Positions 1-7,763 of a DNA stretch of 30,288 nt are shown here, piece after piece. Under the pieces are notes generated by a model that worked only from the letters and a program-made list of their open reading frames with translations, was not told where the DNA came from and made no database searches. The stretch's first letter is position 1; every line of letters begins with the position of its first letter. Both the position numbers and the translations under genes were made by a program. This DNA is from Nitrosopumilaceae archaeon (GTDB taxonomy: Archaea; Thermoproteota; Nitrososphaeria; Nitrososphaerales; Nitrosopumilaceae), in the NCBI GenBank assembly GCA_035527875.1, contig DATKZR010000075.1:1-30288 (forward strand), given 5' to 3'.

Positions 1-19
1 TGCAGTTCCAGAAATTCAA

Positions 20-766
20 TTGAATGAATTGGTAAAATTCTTACAAGACACCTTTTCAGTTATAGTAGAAACAAGAGAGAATATTTTAAAATTTTCCTCA
101 AAAGATTCTGCATTAAAGATTGCTGAATGTAAAATTTTTAATCTTAGAAAAGATTTTGAAAAACATAATCCCACACAAGAAGAAATTTTTTTCGAGGAAT
201 CTAATGTTCAGGATACTTCAAATACTGAAAACATAATCATGTATGATGGTTTTAAACTTCAGAATGTTTTAGCAAACATGATTCCAGAGGGAGAAAATAT
301 CGAAACCATATTTCATGTTTTTTTTACCAACAAACTTACTTGTACTTTTGACAATGACGACCATAGATATCACGGAAGAGCTTTGATAGGCACAAATCCA
401 TCAATAATTTCAACTACAGGGATAATAGAAGCACCTGCAAAACCAAGAGAGTATTATTATGATTTAATGACCAATTTTACCCGAGGGATTAATGTTGAAA
501 CTATTAAAAGAAAATACCAAGGAACGTATTTAGAGTACAATGATTCTAGATTATCAAAAATCGTAGAAGGTTACCTCTTACAAGGTATTTTTTATTATGA
601 AACTGGAGAACCTTTTTGTGATAATTTAGAATGTAGGTTATTTAATGCACATTGGCAAAAAGATCTTTTGCATTCACAGTTAAAAGTGAAAAAATTATGT
701 GAGCTGCATCAAAAGATATTAAAAAATATGCTTCAAAATCGAATCAAAGTTTCAAAAAATATTTAA
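20..766 (+). CDS. Conserved hypothetical protein with a C-terminal Cys/His cluster reminiscent of archaemetzincins but lacking HExxH
   Basis: 248-codon ORF starting at TTG 20. The frame stays open back to position 2, so the true start may lie left of the window. The C-terminus reads VEGYLLQG-x10-CDNLEC-x-L-x19-CELH. This resembles the archaemetzincin signature HExxHxxG-x3-C-x4-C-x-M-x17-CxxC, but both His positions are substituted. Confidence 0.6.
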   Translation: MNELVKFLQDTFSVIVETRENILKFSSKDSALKIAECKIFNLRKDFEKHNPTQEEIFFEESNVQDTSNTENIIMYDGFKLQNVLANMIPEGENIETIFHVFFTNKLTCTFDNDDHRYHGRALIGTNPSIISTTGIIEAPAKPREYYYDLMTNFTRGINVETIKRKYQGTYLEYNDSRLSKIVEGYLLQGIFYYETGEPFCDNLECRLFNAHWQKDLLHSQLKVKKLCELHQKILKNMLQNRIKVSKNI

Positions 767-771
767 AAATA

Positions 772-2154
772 TCATTGCATTAAAAGGGTTAGTGGCATCC
801 ACATTGGCACGGGTGCTTCATCCTGTTTGAAATCTTCAATTTTTATTGCATCACTACATTTTTTCATATTTTGGTTTGTTAAACAAGCACCTAAGGCTTC
901 TGTGTACAATTTTTTTTGTTCTAATTTAAAGGTCGATTCTTGCTCCAAATCACGATTTGGATTTGCACTCATTAAATTATAGGTGTACTCTTTTGTGTCA
1001 AGTTCCAATAAAAGATTAGAAAATATAGCTTTGTCAACTGTCATGACATCATTCATAAACCATTGTGTTTCAAAACCACCTGTATTGTGAGCCACTACAA
1101 TCATATCTGCATTTTCAAATTCTTTTACAACTTTAAATTGAATGGATAAGACTTTGGTAAAAGTATCCCAATGAGTCATTGATACATGTATGTCTTCTAA
1201 ATACTGCTCATCATTTATCACACTATTCACACCATCTGTTTTAATAATTTTGATTGGAGCAAAATCAGATTTTTGAGAGGACGTTCCCTCTGGAAAGATG
1301 TAAACTTCGATTCCAGTGGGGAGCGACTTACCTTCTTGACGAGGTAACTCGATTGTTAAATTGGTCACCTCCCCCAGATAAACAGTTTTTTTGTTGTTAG
1401 GATCAGATAGCTTAATTGATGTTGGTGAGGAAATCTTTGAAAATCCATTTGGATATGCCTTTACAATCTGGAGTACCTCATCGTCTTCTATGTGATTTTG
1501 GGACATGTTGTAACCCATAATTCCAGGCATGGCCTCTAAGTTCCCATCAGAGGCAAATGGATGGTTCAGGCTTAAGGAGTGACCTATCTCATGCATGGTA
1601 ACTCGATAAATCGTTTCATAATCAAATTGCTTATGATTTGTATTTTTTATAATATCCTGAAGTTTTTCCAGCGTTATATTACTCCAAAAATTTTCATCTG
1701 TTTTGGCAATTTCTAATATTGTGCTCTGATAATTATCGGTATAAATTGTAACATTGGCAACTGGAGTTAATGGATGGCTAAATCCGGCAACCCCTGAAAG
1801 CTGGAATATGGTAGGGTCAGGGGTGCTAACAAAATTTACATATCCATCACAAATTGATTCATTTTTTGGTTGAATATGCATTTCCATATTCCACACTAAT
1901 GGGTGGTTTGTCACATCAACTATTCGATCATGCCAAGTTTTGATCGCATTAGTTGCAATGTGATTAAACATTGGATTTTCATCATTGTTTGTAATACAAT
2001 AATCAATTCTAGTATCATTGAAGACCATCAATCTATTTCCGGTATACGGTTGAAAGTCCAAATATTCTTCTTGATCGGTATATCCTAGTACTTTTTGATC
2101 GGCTGTAAATGCGATCAAAATTAATGAAAATACAATAATTATTGTTTTTAACAT
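772..2154 (-). CDS. Secreted zinc metalloprotease, metzincin (matrixin/M10-like) with a large C-terminal domain
   Basis: Contains the motif TMHEIGHSLSLNH (HExxHxxxxxH, third His at +11) followed by PGIMGY, a Met-turn candidate. From ATG 2154 the N-terminus MLKTIIIVFSLILIAFTA looks like a signal peptide. The ORF track begins at an upstream TTG (2220), which adds 22 residues. Confidence 0.8.
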   Translation of the reverse strand: MLKTIIIVFSLILIAFTADQKVLGYTDQEEYLDFQPYTGNRLMVFNDTRIDYCITNNDENPMFNHIATNAIKTWHDRIVDVTNHPLVWNMEMHIQPKNESICDGYVNFVSTPDPTIFQLSGVAGFSHPLTPVANVTIYTDNYQSTILEIAKTDENFWSNITLEKLQDIIKNTNHKQFDYETIYRVTMHEIGHSLSLNHPFASDGNLEAMPGIMGYNMSQNHIEDDEVLQIVKAYPNGFSKISSPTSIKLSDPNNKKTVYLGEVTNLTIELPRQEGKSLPTGIEVYIFPEGTSSQKSDFAPIKIIKTDGVNSVINDEQYLEDIHVSMTHWDTFTKVLSIQFKVVKEFENADMIVVAHNTGGFETQWFMNDVMTVDKAIFSNLLLELDTKEYTYNLMSANPNRDLEQESTFKLEQKKLYTEALGACLTNQNMKKCSDAIKIEDFKQDEAPVPMWMPLTLLMQ

Positions 2155-2455
2155 TTTTCTAAACTTAGTTTTAGCAATTTTAATAAAAGATTTTCTATCG
2201 TTTAAAAAAAATAAACTCAATAATATTTAACGTAATTTACGATAAATGATCGCTGTTTCAGATTTTTACATGAAGATCTTAAACAAAACTACGATGAGCT
2301 ACAAATAAGAAATACTTTTCAAAGAAAGTATCAATGATTTTTGCCAATAAAAAAGCGGTGAATTTTAATTAATTGATCCATCATAATTTTCTATAAAACA
2401 AAGTTTCCTAAATTAGGTCTATCACTTAAATTAATGAAATATACCAAGGATTTTC

Positions 2456-3448
2456 ATGATGGCAGGAGATTCTGGAACATCTGTTCTTGAGAATAAAGAT
2501 GATTCACCAAAAATACCAGAAAAAAAGAAAACCAAATTCGATGTAGTAATTATTGGTGCAGGTCCATCTGGATATACTGCTGGAATTTATTGTTCAAGAG
2601 CAGGATATGACACTTTGATACTATCTGGGATTTTACCTGGAGGTCAGCTTGTAAACACTACTGAAGTTGAAAATTATCCTGGCTTTGAAAATGGGATAAT
2701 GGGGCCGGATTTAATGATAGAAATGAGAAAACAGACACAGCGTATGGGTACAACCATAATTGACGATGAAGTCGTAAACGTTGATTTTCGAAATAGTCCG
2801 TTTAAAATTCTATCAGCTTCTGAAGAATATGAAGGCAGAGCAGTTATTATTGCAACTGGTGCAAATCCCAGAAAACTTGGATTAGAAGGTGAGAAAAATT
2901 TTGCAGGTAAAGGAGTATCATATTGTGCCACATGTGATGGCCCATTTTTTAGAAACCAAGAATTAATAGTTGTAGGTGGTGGTGATTCAGCAATTGAAGA
3001 GGCAACATTTCTTACCAAATTTGCAAGTAAAATACATCTAGTTCATAGACGTAGTGAATTACGTGCAAGTAAAATTATGCAAGAAAGAGCTCTCAATAAT
3101 GAAAAAATAGACTTTCATTGGGATTCAGAAGTAATAGACATTAAAGGAGATCAAAAAATGCAAAAAGGAATAATAAGAAATATCAAAACGAATGAAAAAA
3201 CAAATCTTGATGTAGGAGGTCTTTTTGTTGCAATTGGACATACCCCAAACACAGCGTTATTCAAAAATCAAATTGATTTAGATGATGAAGGGTATATTAA
3301 ATTAAAAAATAAAACCCACACAAACATTGAAGGAGTTTTTGCGGCGGGTGATGTTCACGATAGAACTTATAGACAAGCCATTACAGCAGCAGGTTTTGGT
3401 TGTATGGCAGCAATCGATGTTGACAAATATCTTACAGAGAAATCCTAA
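2456..3448 (+). CDS. trxB: Thioredoxin-disulfide reductase
   Basis: FAD-binding motif DVVIIGAGPSGYTAG, redox-active CATCDG, second dinucleotide fold VVGGGDSAIEEA, and C-terminal GDV...RQAITAAGFGCMAA. Confidence 0.9.
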   Translation: MMAGDSGTSVLENKDDSPKIPEKKKTKFDVVIIGAGPSGYTAGIYCSRAGYDTLILSGILPGGQLVNTTEVENYPGFENGIMGPDLMIEMRKQTQRMGTTIIDDEVVNVDFRNSPFKILSASEEYEGRAVIIATGANPRKLGLEGEKNFAGKGVSYCATCDGPFFRNQELIVVGGGDSAIEEATFLTKFASKIHLVHRRSELRASKIMQERALNNEKIDFHWDSEVIDIKGDQKMQKGIIRNIKTNEKTNLDVGGLFVAIGHTPNTALFKNQIDLDDEGYIKLKNKTHTNIEGVFAAGDVHDRTYRQAITAAGFGCMAAIDVDKYLTEKS

Positions 3449-3543
3449 TTTTCGAATATTTTATAAAAGGATTCTTGATGTAAATGATTGGCAATGTTGT
3501 AATTTGATACAAACTTTTTTTGTGTGAAAAGGTAGTAAAAATT

Positions 3544-3993
3544 ATGGAATCAGATAGAGACATTACAAAATACAACCAAAAACTAGAAAGATTAGGAAGA
3601 GAATTATCAAAAATTCAATATGATTTTAAAATCAAAAACAGACCCTCAGAAAAATATTGGGTTAAACGAATTCAAGAATTTGACAATTATCATAAAAAGA
3701 CGGTAGAATATTTTACTGAAGCATATTCTTTGATGCATTTAGCTAATGAAGAGCAATCATCCATGTTTTTTTTGAGAGTAAGTAAACTCGTGAATTTAGG
3801 AGTAAAAGTATTAGAAGACATGGAAAAAATAAAACAGAATCCATCGATTATGAACTTAAAGGACAAGCAACAAAGTAGGTGGAGCGTGGAACTAAGAGAA
3901 CAATTGATAAAATCAAATAAAGAATGCCTAGATCATGAAAAACGTATGAATGTTTTTTTCAAAGATTTTTATGAAAAATATATAATGAAATAA
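3544..3993 (+). CDS. Hypothetical protein (predicted helical, Lys/Glu-rich)
   Basis: ORF with no recognisable motif. ATG 3544 (MESDRD...) is preferred over the GTG 3520 used by the ORF track. Confidence 0.5.
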   Translation: MESDRDITKYNQKLERLGRELSKIQYDFKIKNRPSEKYWVKRIQEFDNYHKKTVEYFTEAYSLMHLANEEQSSMFFLRVSKLVNLGVKVLEDMEKIKQNPSIMNLKDKQQSRWSVELREQLIKSNKECLDHEKRMNVFFKDFYEKYIMK

Positions 3994-4017
3994 AAACAAA
4001 AAATAGTTTTTTTGTTT
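3994..4017. terminator. A/T-only hairpin with T-runs on both strands between convergent genes (possible bidirectional terminator)
   Basis: AAACAAAAAA (3994-4003), loop TAGT, then TTTTTTGTTT (4008-4017), giving 10-bp complementary arms. Oligo-T tracts are the usual archaeal termination signal. The all-A/T stem makes the structural argument weak. Confidence 0.3.
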
Positions 4018-5021
4018 CAATAAGCTAATTCAGACATGTGCTTTGCTACTTTTAAACATGAATCAAAATCGTCAGCAGACATTATTTTTTGTTCTGCATA
4101 AACGCTTTTAAATTTTCTGCCATCATCAGCAAATATTCCAACAACACAACCATTTCCTTCAATTGTATATTTTTTCATGCAAGCGTATACTGCAGCAGAA
4201 GATGGGCTGATCAACAATTTATCTTTCTCGAACACTTCTCTTACGACAGAAAAAGCTTCTCTGTTATCAACAGATACCCAATCATCAACTACTTTCTCTC
4301 TTTTCAAAAATAAATCAGGTTTTGCAGATTCTTCAAAATTTCTCCAACCCTGAATCAAATGATTTTGTTGTGGTTGGCATCCGATAATCTTAATGTCTGG
4401 ATTTTTTTCTTTAAGATAAGTGCCTATTCCTGTAATTGTACCTCCAGTACCAACGCCGGTAAAAAAGTGAGTTACTTTACCTTCAGTTTGTTTCCAAATC
4501 TCAGGACCAGTCCCAACGTAATGTCCTTTAAAATTAGCTTCATTGGCATATTGATTTGGTGAATAGTAAGTATCAGGTCTAGATGAGGCAATGGATGTTG
4601 CAAGGGCAATACTTTGATCAGTACCCGCACCAACTTTTGGGCATAAATCGTCACTGGTTTCAAACACTTTGGCTCCAAGATTTCGAATAATATCTTTGGT
4701 TTCGTTGCTAACTTTTTCAGGAATTACAATTTCAACTTTATAGCCTAATAGATTTGCAATGCCAGTTAAGGCAATTCCTGTGTTACCAGATGTAGGCTCT
4801 ATTATGATACTTTTGCCCTTTGTTAGGAAACCTCTCTCTTCACCATCTTTTATCATCCAATATGCGGCTCGATCTTTTACAGACCCAAAGGGATTATGGC
4901 CTTCAAGTTTTGCAAAATATGTAACCCGGTCATTAGTAAGAGAATCTAATTTTACAAGAGGTGTATTCCCAACTCGATTTAGAATATCAGAAGCAGCAAT
5001 GGTTTTTGTTGCCAGGATTAT
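4017..5021 (-). CDS. cysK: Cysteine synthase / O-phosphoserine sulfhydrylase-like fold-type II PLP enzyme (start codon unresolved)
   Basis: The ORF-track product (from ATG 4856) contains EPTSGNTGIALT and GVGTGGTITG. The same frame stays open upstream to the stop at 5031-5033 and encodes ...ILNRVGNTPLVKL...KLEGHNPFGSVKDRAAYW, the conserved N-terminus with the PLP lysine. There is no ATG, GTG or TTG in that stretch. The 5' end is placed provisionally at ATA 5019-5021. Confidence 0.8.
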   Translation of the reverse strand: MILATKTIAASDILNRVGNTPLVKLDSLTNDRVTYFAKLEGHNPFGSVKDRAAYWMIKDGEERGFLTKGKSIIIEPTSGNTGIALTGIANLLGYKVEIVIPEKVSNETKDIIRNLGAKVFETSDDLCPKVGAGTDQSIALATSIASSRPDTYYSPNQYANEANFKGHYVGTGPEIWKQTEGKVTHFFTGVGTGGTITGIGTYLKEKNPDIKIIGCQPQQNHLIQGWRNFEESAKPDLFLKREKVVDDWVSVDNREAFSVVREVFEKDKLLISPSSAAVYACMKKYTIEGNGCVVGIFADDGRKFKSVYAEQKIMSADDFDSCLKVAKHMSELAY

Positions 5022-5254
5022 TTCACCTTTTTAATTTGAAAGGTAATTGTATTTCCATCTTTTTTCATATCTAGAAGTTCATGTCCATTTCTTGTAACCC
5101 ATCTTGAAACATCTTCTTCTGCTGCAGGATCATCTGCAGAAACGGTTAATTCTTGTCCAACTTGCATTTTTTCAATTTCAATTTTAGTTCTAAAGACAGG
5201 TTCAGGACAAAATAAGCCAGTGCAGTCTAGTTTTTTTTCATTAGATTCAGACAT
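5018..5254 (-). CDS. tusA: TusA/SirA-like sulfur carrier protein
   Basis: 78 aa. LDCTGLFCPEPVFRTK carries the CPxP active-site Cys motif, and the size matches a two-layer alpha/beta TusA protein. Confidence 0.85.
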   Translation of the reverse strand: MSESNEKKLDCTGLFCPEPVFRTKIEIEKMQVGQELTVSADDPAAEEDVSRWVTRNGHELLDMKKDGNTITFQIKKVK

Positions 5255-5336
5255 TTTATATCTAATTCATAATGTACGTTTTGTCATATTAAAATCTACT
5301 TCAGATTAGCTTATCCTATTTTTGCCAATTTCAGGA

Positions 5337-6062
5337 TTATCGAAAAAGATCCTCCTGTTCTGGACGAATTAATTGGTTGGTTGAAGAAATTTCTTTCGCA
5401 TGTTCATAATCACGTATTATTACGACAGGACAATTTGCAGTTTTTTTCATTACTAACTCTGCTGCACCACAGATTTCATCTGCAATAGCAATGGCAGTAA
5501 CCCGTAAAATTTTTCCAAAGTTATCACACGTTCCTCCATAATCAAGAATAGGATTCAAGCCAAATATTCCAATTGCACAGTTGGTTTGTCCCATTCTAAA
5601 TGGTCGTCCAAACGTATCGGAAATTATTACTGCAACTTCTTTTTCATAGATTTTCCTTATTTGTTGGCAAATTTTTTCTGCGGAATGATCAGAGTTTATG
5701 GGAAGTAAAGTTGCAAATCCATTTGGAACATTACTTTCATCAATGCCTGCATTTGCACAGATAAATCCATTTTTGGTTTCAACAATGATTATTCCCTTTT
5801 CCATTCTTACAATTTTTTTAGATTCAGAAAGAATCAATTCAACAATACAGGGGTTTTTTTTATATTCAGAACTAATTCCTTGAGCAAGTAACGAAGGAGT
5901 GATCGCTGAAAGTTTAACAATTCTTCCTTCCTGTTTAGAAATTATTTTTTGAGCTATTACTACAATATCACCGTCATGAAGATCTACAGATCCGGTAATT
6001 ATTTCTGAGAGATTATCATTAATTCCGATTTCTTTAGGTATGTGAACTGGAATAATTTGCAA
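5337..6062 (-). CDS. cofE: Coenzyme F420-0:L-glutamate ligase
   Basis: NAGIDESNV, SAEK, IISDTFGRPFRMG and ADEICGAAELVM align along the full length with my recollection of archaeal CofE. TTG start. Confidence 0.85.
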   Translation of the reverse strand: MQIIPVHIPKEIGINDNLSEIITGSVDLHDGDIVVIAQKIISKQEGRIVKLSAITPSLLAQGISSEYKKNPCIVELILSESKKIVRMEKGIIIVETKNGFICANAGIDESNVPNGFATLLPINSDHSAEKICQQIRKIYEKEVAVIISDTFGRPFRMGQTNCAIGIFGLNPILDYGGTCDNFGKILRVTAIAIADEICGAAELVMKKTANCPVVIIRDYEHAKEISSTNQLIRPEQEDLFR

Positions 6063-6097
6063 GGATAATTATTCTAAAATATACTGTAAAATATTGT

Positions 6098-6766
6098 TTA
6101 TGCTGTAGTAGGTGTCTCTAATTCGATTTTGTAGTGTTTGTTTATGATATCTAAGATTTTGGATAGATCTTTTTCTTCCAAAGTGGTGGTTGCCAAATCT
6201 TTAACGATATCTTGCGCCCTAAACGCAATTCCTAGCGCAGATACTTCAAAAAGTTTTACATCATTTGCTCCGTCTACAACACACGTTATGTTTTCCTTAT
6301 TTTCTTTCCATTCTTGAATTTTTATTTTTGCAGATTTTGATTTATCAGAATCAACATTGATTTTAACCCCATCTAATTTTCCATCGTTAAAAACAAGTTC
6401 ATTAGAATAAACATAATCTAATCCTAGTTCCTCTTTCAATCTATCAGTCATTATAGTAAACCCGCCTGAGATGGCCATTAGTTTCCATCCTGCTGCTTTG
6501 AGAACTCTGCAGGCTTCTTTTGCTCCCGTCATAACAGGTAATGCATCAGCCACCTGTTGACATGTTTCATAGTCTATTCCCTTTAGAGCATTAACTCTTG
6601 TACGTAGCCCTTCTTCCCAATTGATTACGCCTTGTATGCCTTTTTTTGTTATATCCCAGATTTCATTTTCTTTTCCTATTTTTTCTGCAAGAATTGGCAA
6701 ATATTCTGCATCGTAAAGAACACCTTCAACGTCAAAAATTATAAGCAATTGTTTTCTATTTTCCAA
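6098..6766 (-). CDS. serB: Phosphoserine phosphatase-like HAD-IB hydrolase (motif I variant D-x-E)
   Basis: Collinear with archaeal PSP as I recall it: LRTRV, AISGGF, LGLDYVYSNELVFNDGKLDG and VDGANDV. Motif I reads FDVEGV rather than FDFDST. TTG start. Confidence 0.7.
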   Translation of the reverse strand: MENRKQLLIIFDVEGVLYDAEYLPILAEKIGKENEIWDITKKGIQGVINWEEGLRTRVNALKGIDYETCQQVADALPVMTGAKEACRVLKAAGWKLMAISGGFTIMTDRLKEELGLDYVYSNELVFNDGKLDGVKINVDSDKSKSAKIKIQEWKENKENITCVVDGANDVKLFEVSALGIAFRAQDIVKDLATTTLEEKDLSKILDIINKHYKIELETPTTA

Positions 6767-6877
6767 ACAAAAATCTAATTATATAAAAGTAAAGAATCGT
6801 GTTTTCATAATTTTAATCATTTTAATTAAATGATCGCACATATGCGATTTTTCTTAATCTGTACTAAAACAAATTAT

Positions 6878-7279
6878 CTAATTAACAATTACGGGAGTAA
6901 CCTTGCTTGTAGTTTTAGATGAATCGCATACGCTAGTTACAAAAGTTACAAAATCTTTCAACTTGTATGGAATAGTAAAACAGGCTTCAGCCCCCAAATT
7001 ATGGCACTCATCAAGAAATTTTTTATCAGCATGTAATGTAATTATTATGATTTTTGATTCTGGATAATTTTTTTTAATCTCTTTTAGAACATTTAGGCCA
7101 TCATTCTGTGAAAGAACTGTATCTAAGAGAATGAGATCGGGATTAATTATTTTATATTTTTCAATAGCCTCAAATCCATTACTAGTTTCAAATACAATTT
7201 CATAATTAATTGAGGACAACAGCTTTTTTACTGAAACCCATGGTTTTGTGGGATTTTCAACAATCATTACCTTTACCAT
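6878..7279 (-). CDS. Stand-alone response-regulator receiver domain protein
   Basis: 133 aa with a CheY-like layout: VMIVENP, phospho-acceptor context LILLDTVL, IIIITLH (Thr) and IPYKL (Lys). There is no output domain. Confidence 0.8.
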   Translation of the reverse strand: MVKVMIVENPTKPWVSVKKLLSSINYEIVFETSNGFEAIEKYKIINPDLILLDTVLSQNDGLNVLKEIKKNYPESKIIIITLHADKKFLDECHNLGAEACFTIPYKLKDFVTFVTSVCDSSKTTSKVTPVIVN

Positions 7280-7397
7280 AAAAAAATTAATAGATTCAAG
7301 GATTTAGCATTTACTACCCTTTAAGCTGTTTTTAAAATATCTATCCCTTTTTAATAAAAAACGCTAGTAATAAATCGAGGAAGGGATTTGATAAACC

Positions 7398-7688
7398 ATG
7401 AGCGGTGAACTAGAGCGAAAATATGAAGTTGAAATTCAAACAACTGAGGAAAAACACAAATTCACAAAAGAATTCAAAGTAATTCTTCAAGATGCAGGAT
7501 TAATGGACGAGAAAGGTAAATTAAAACTCAAAGGAGTTAGCCCAAAAATGCTCAAAAGAATGAAGCAAGAATTTGTAGATTGTCCAGTTTTAAAAGAAAA
7601 CATACAATTCATTCAATGTTTTATTTGTCCAAACTTTCAAAGCAGAGTTATGGGCAAAGTCTTTTGCAAAGGCGAGCCTCTAGATTGA
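7398..7688 (+). CDS. Hypothetical small protein with a C-terminal 4-Cys cluster
   Basis: 96 aa with CPVLKENIQFIQCFICPNFQSRVMGKVFC (C-x11-C-x2-C-x13-C). No family recognised. Confidence 0.5.
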   Translation: MSGELERKYEVEIQTTEEKHKFTKEFKVILQDAGLMDEKGKLKLKGVSPKMLKRMKQEFVDCPVLKENIQFIQCFICPNFQSRVMGKVFCKGEPLD

Positions 7689-7763
7689 ATTACAAAAATT
7701 CCCAATATGCATAAAATTTATCACGAAAGGCTCATTAGTAAAAGTAGATTCTGAAAATTTGGT

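Noticed and set aside
4759-5034. Plus-strand 91-aa ORF spanning the cysK-like/tusA-like junction
   Set aside because: It is the antisense shadow of the conserved N-terminal coding region of the cysteine-synthase-like gene. The minus-strand translation contains the GNTPLV and SVKDR motifs.
6767-6877. AT-rich inverted repeat ATCATTT-TAATT-AAATGAT and a nearby CATATG-centred near-palindrome between the HAD and response-regulator genes
   Set aside because: The arms are short, imperfect and A/T-dominated in a very AT-rich spacer, so they are indistinguishable from chance or ordinary promoter and terminator sequence.
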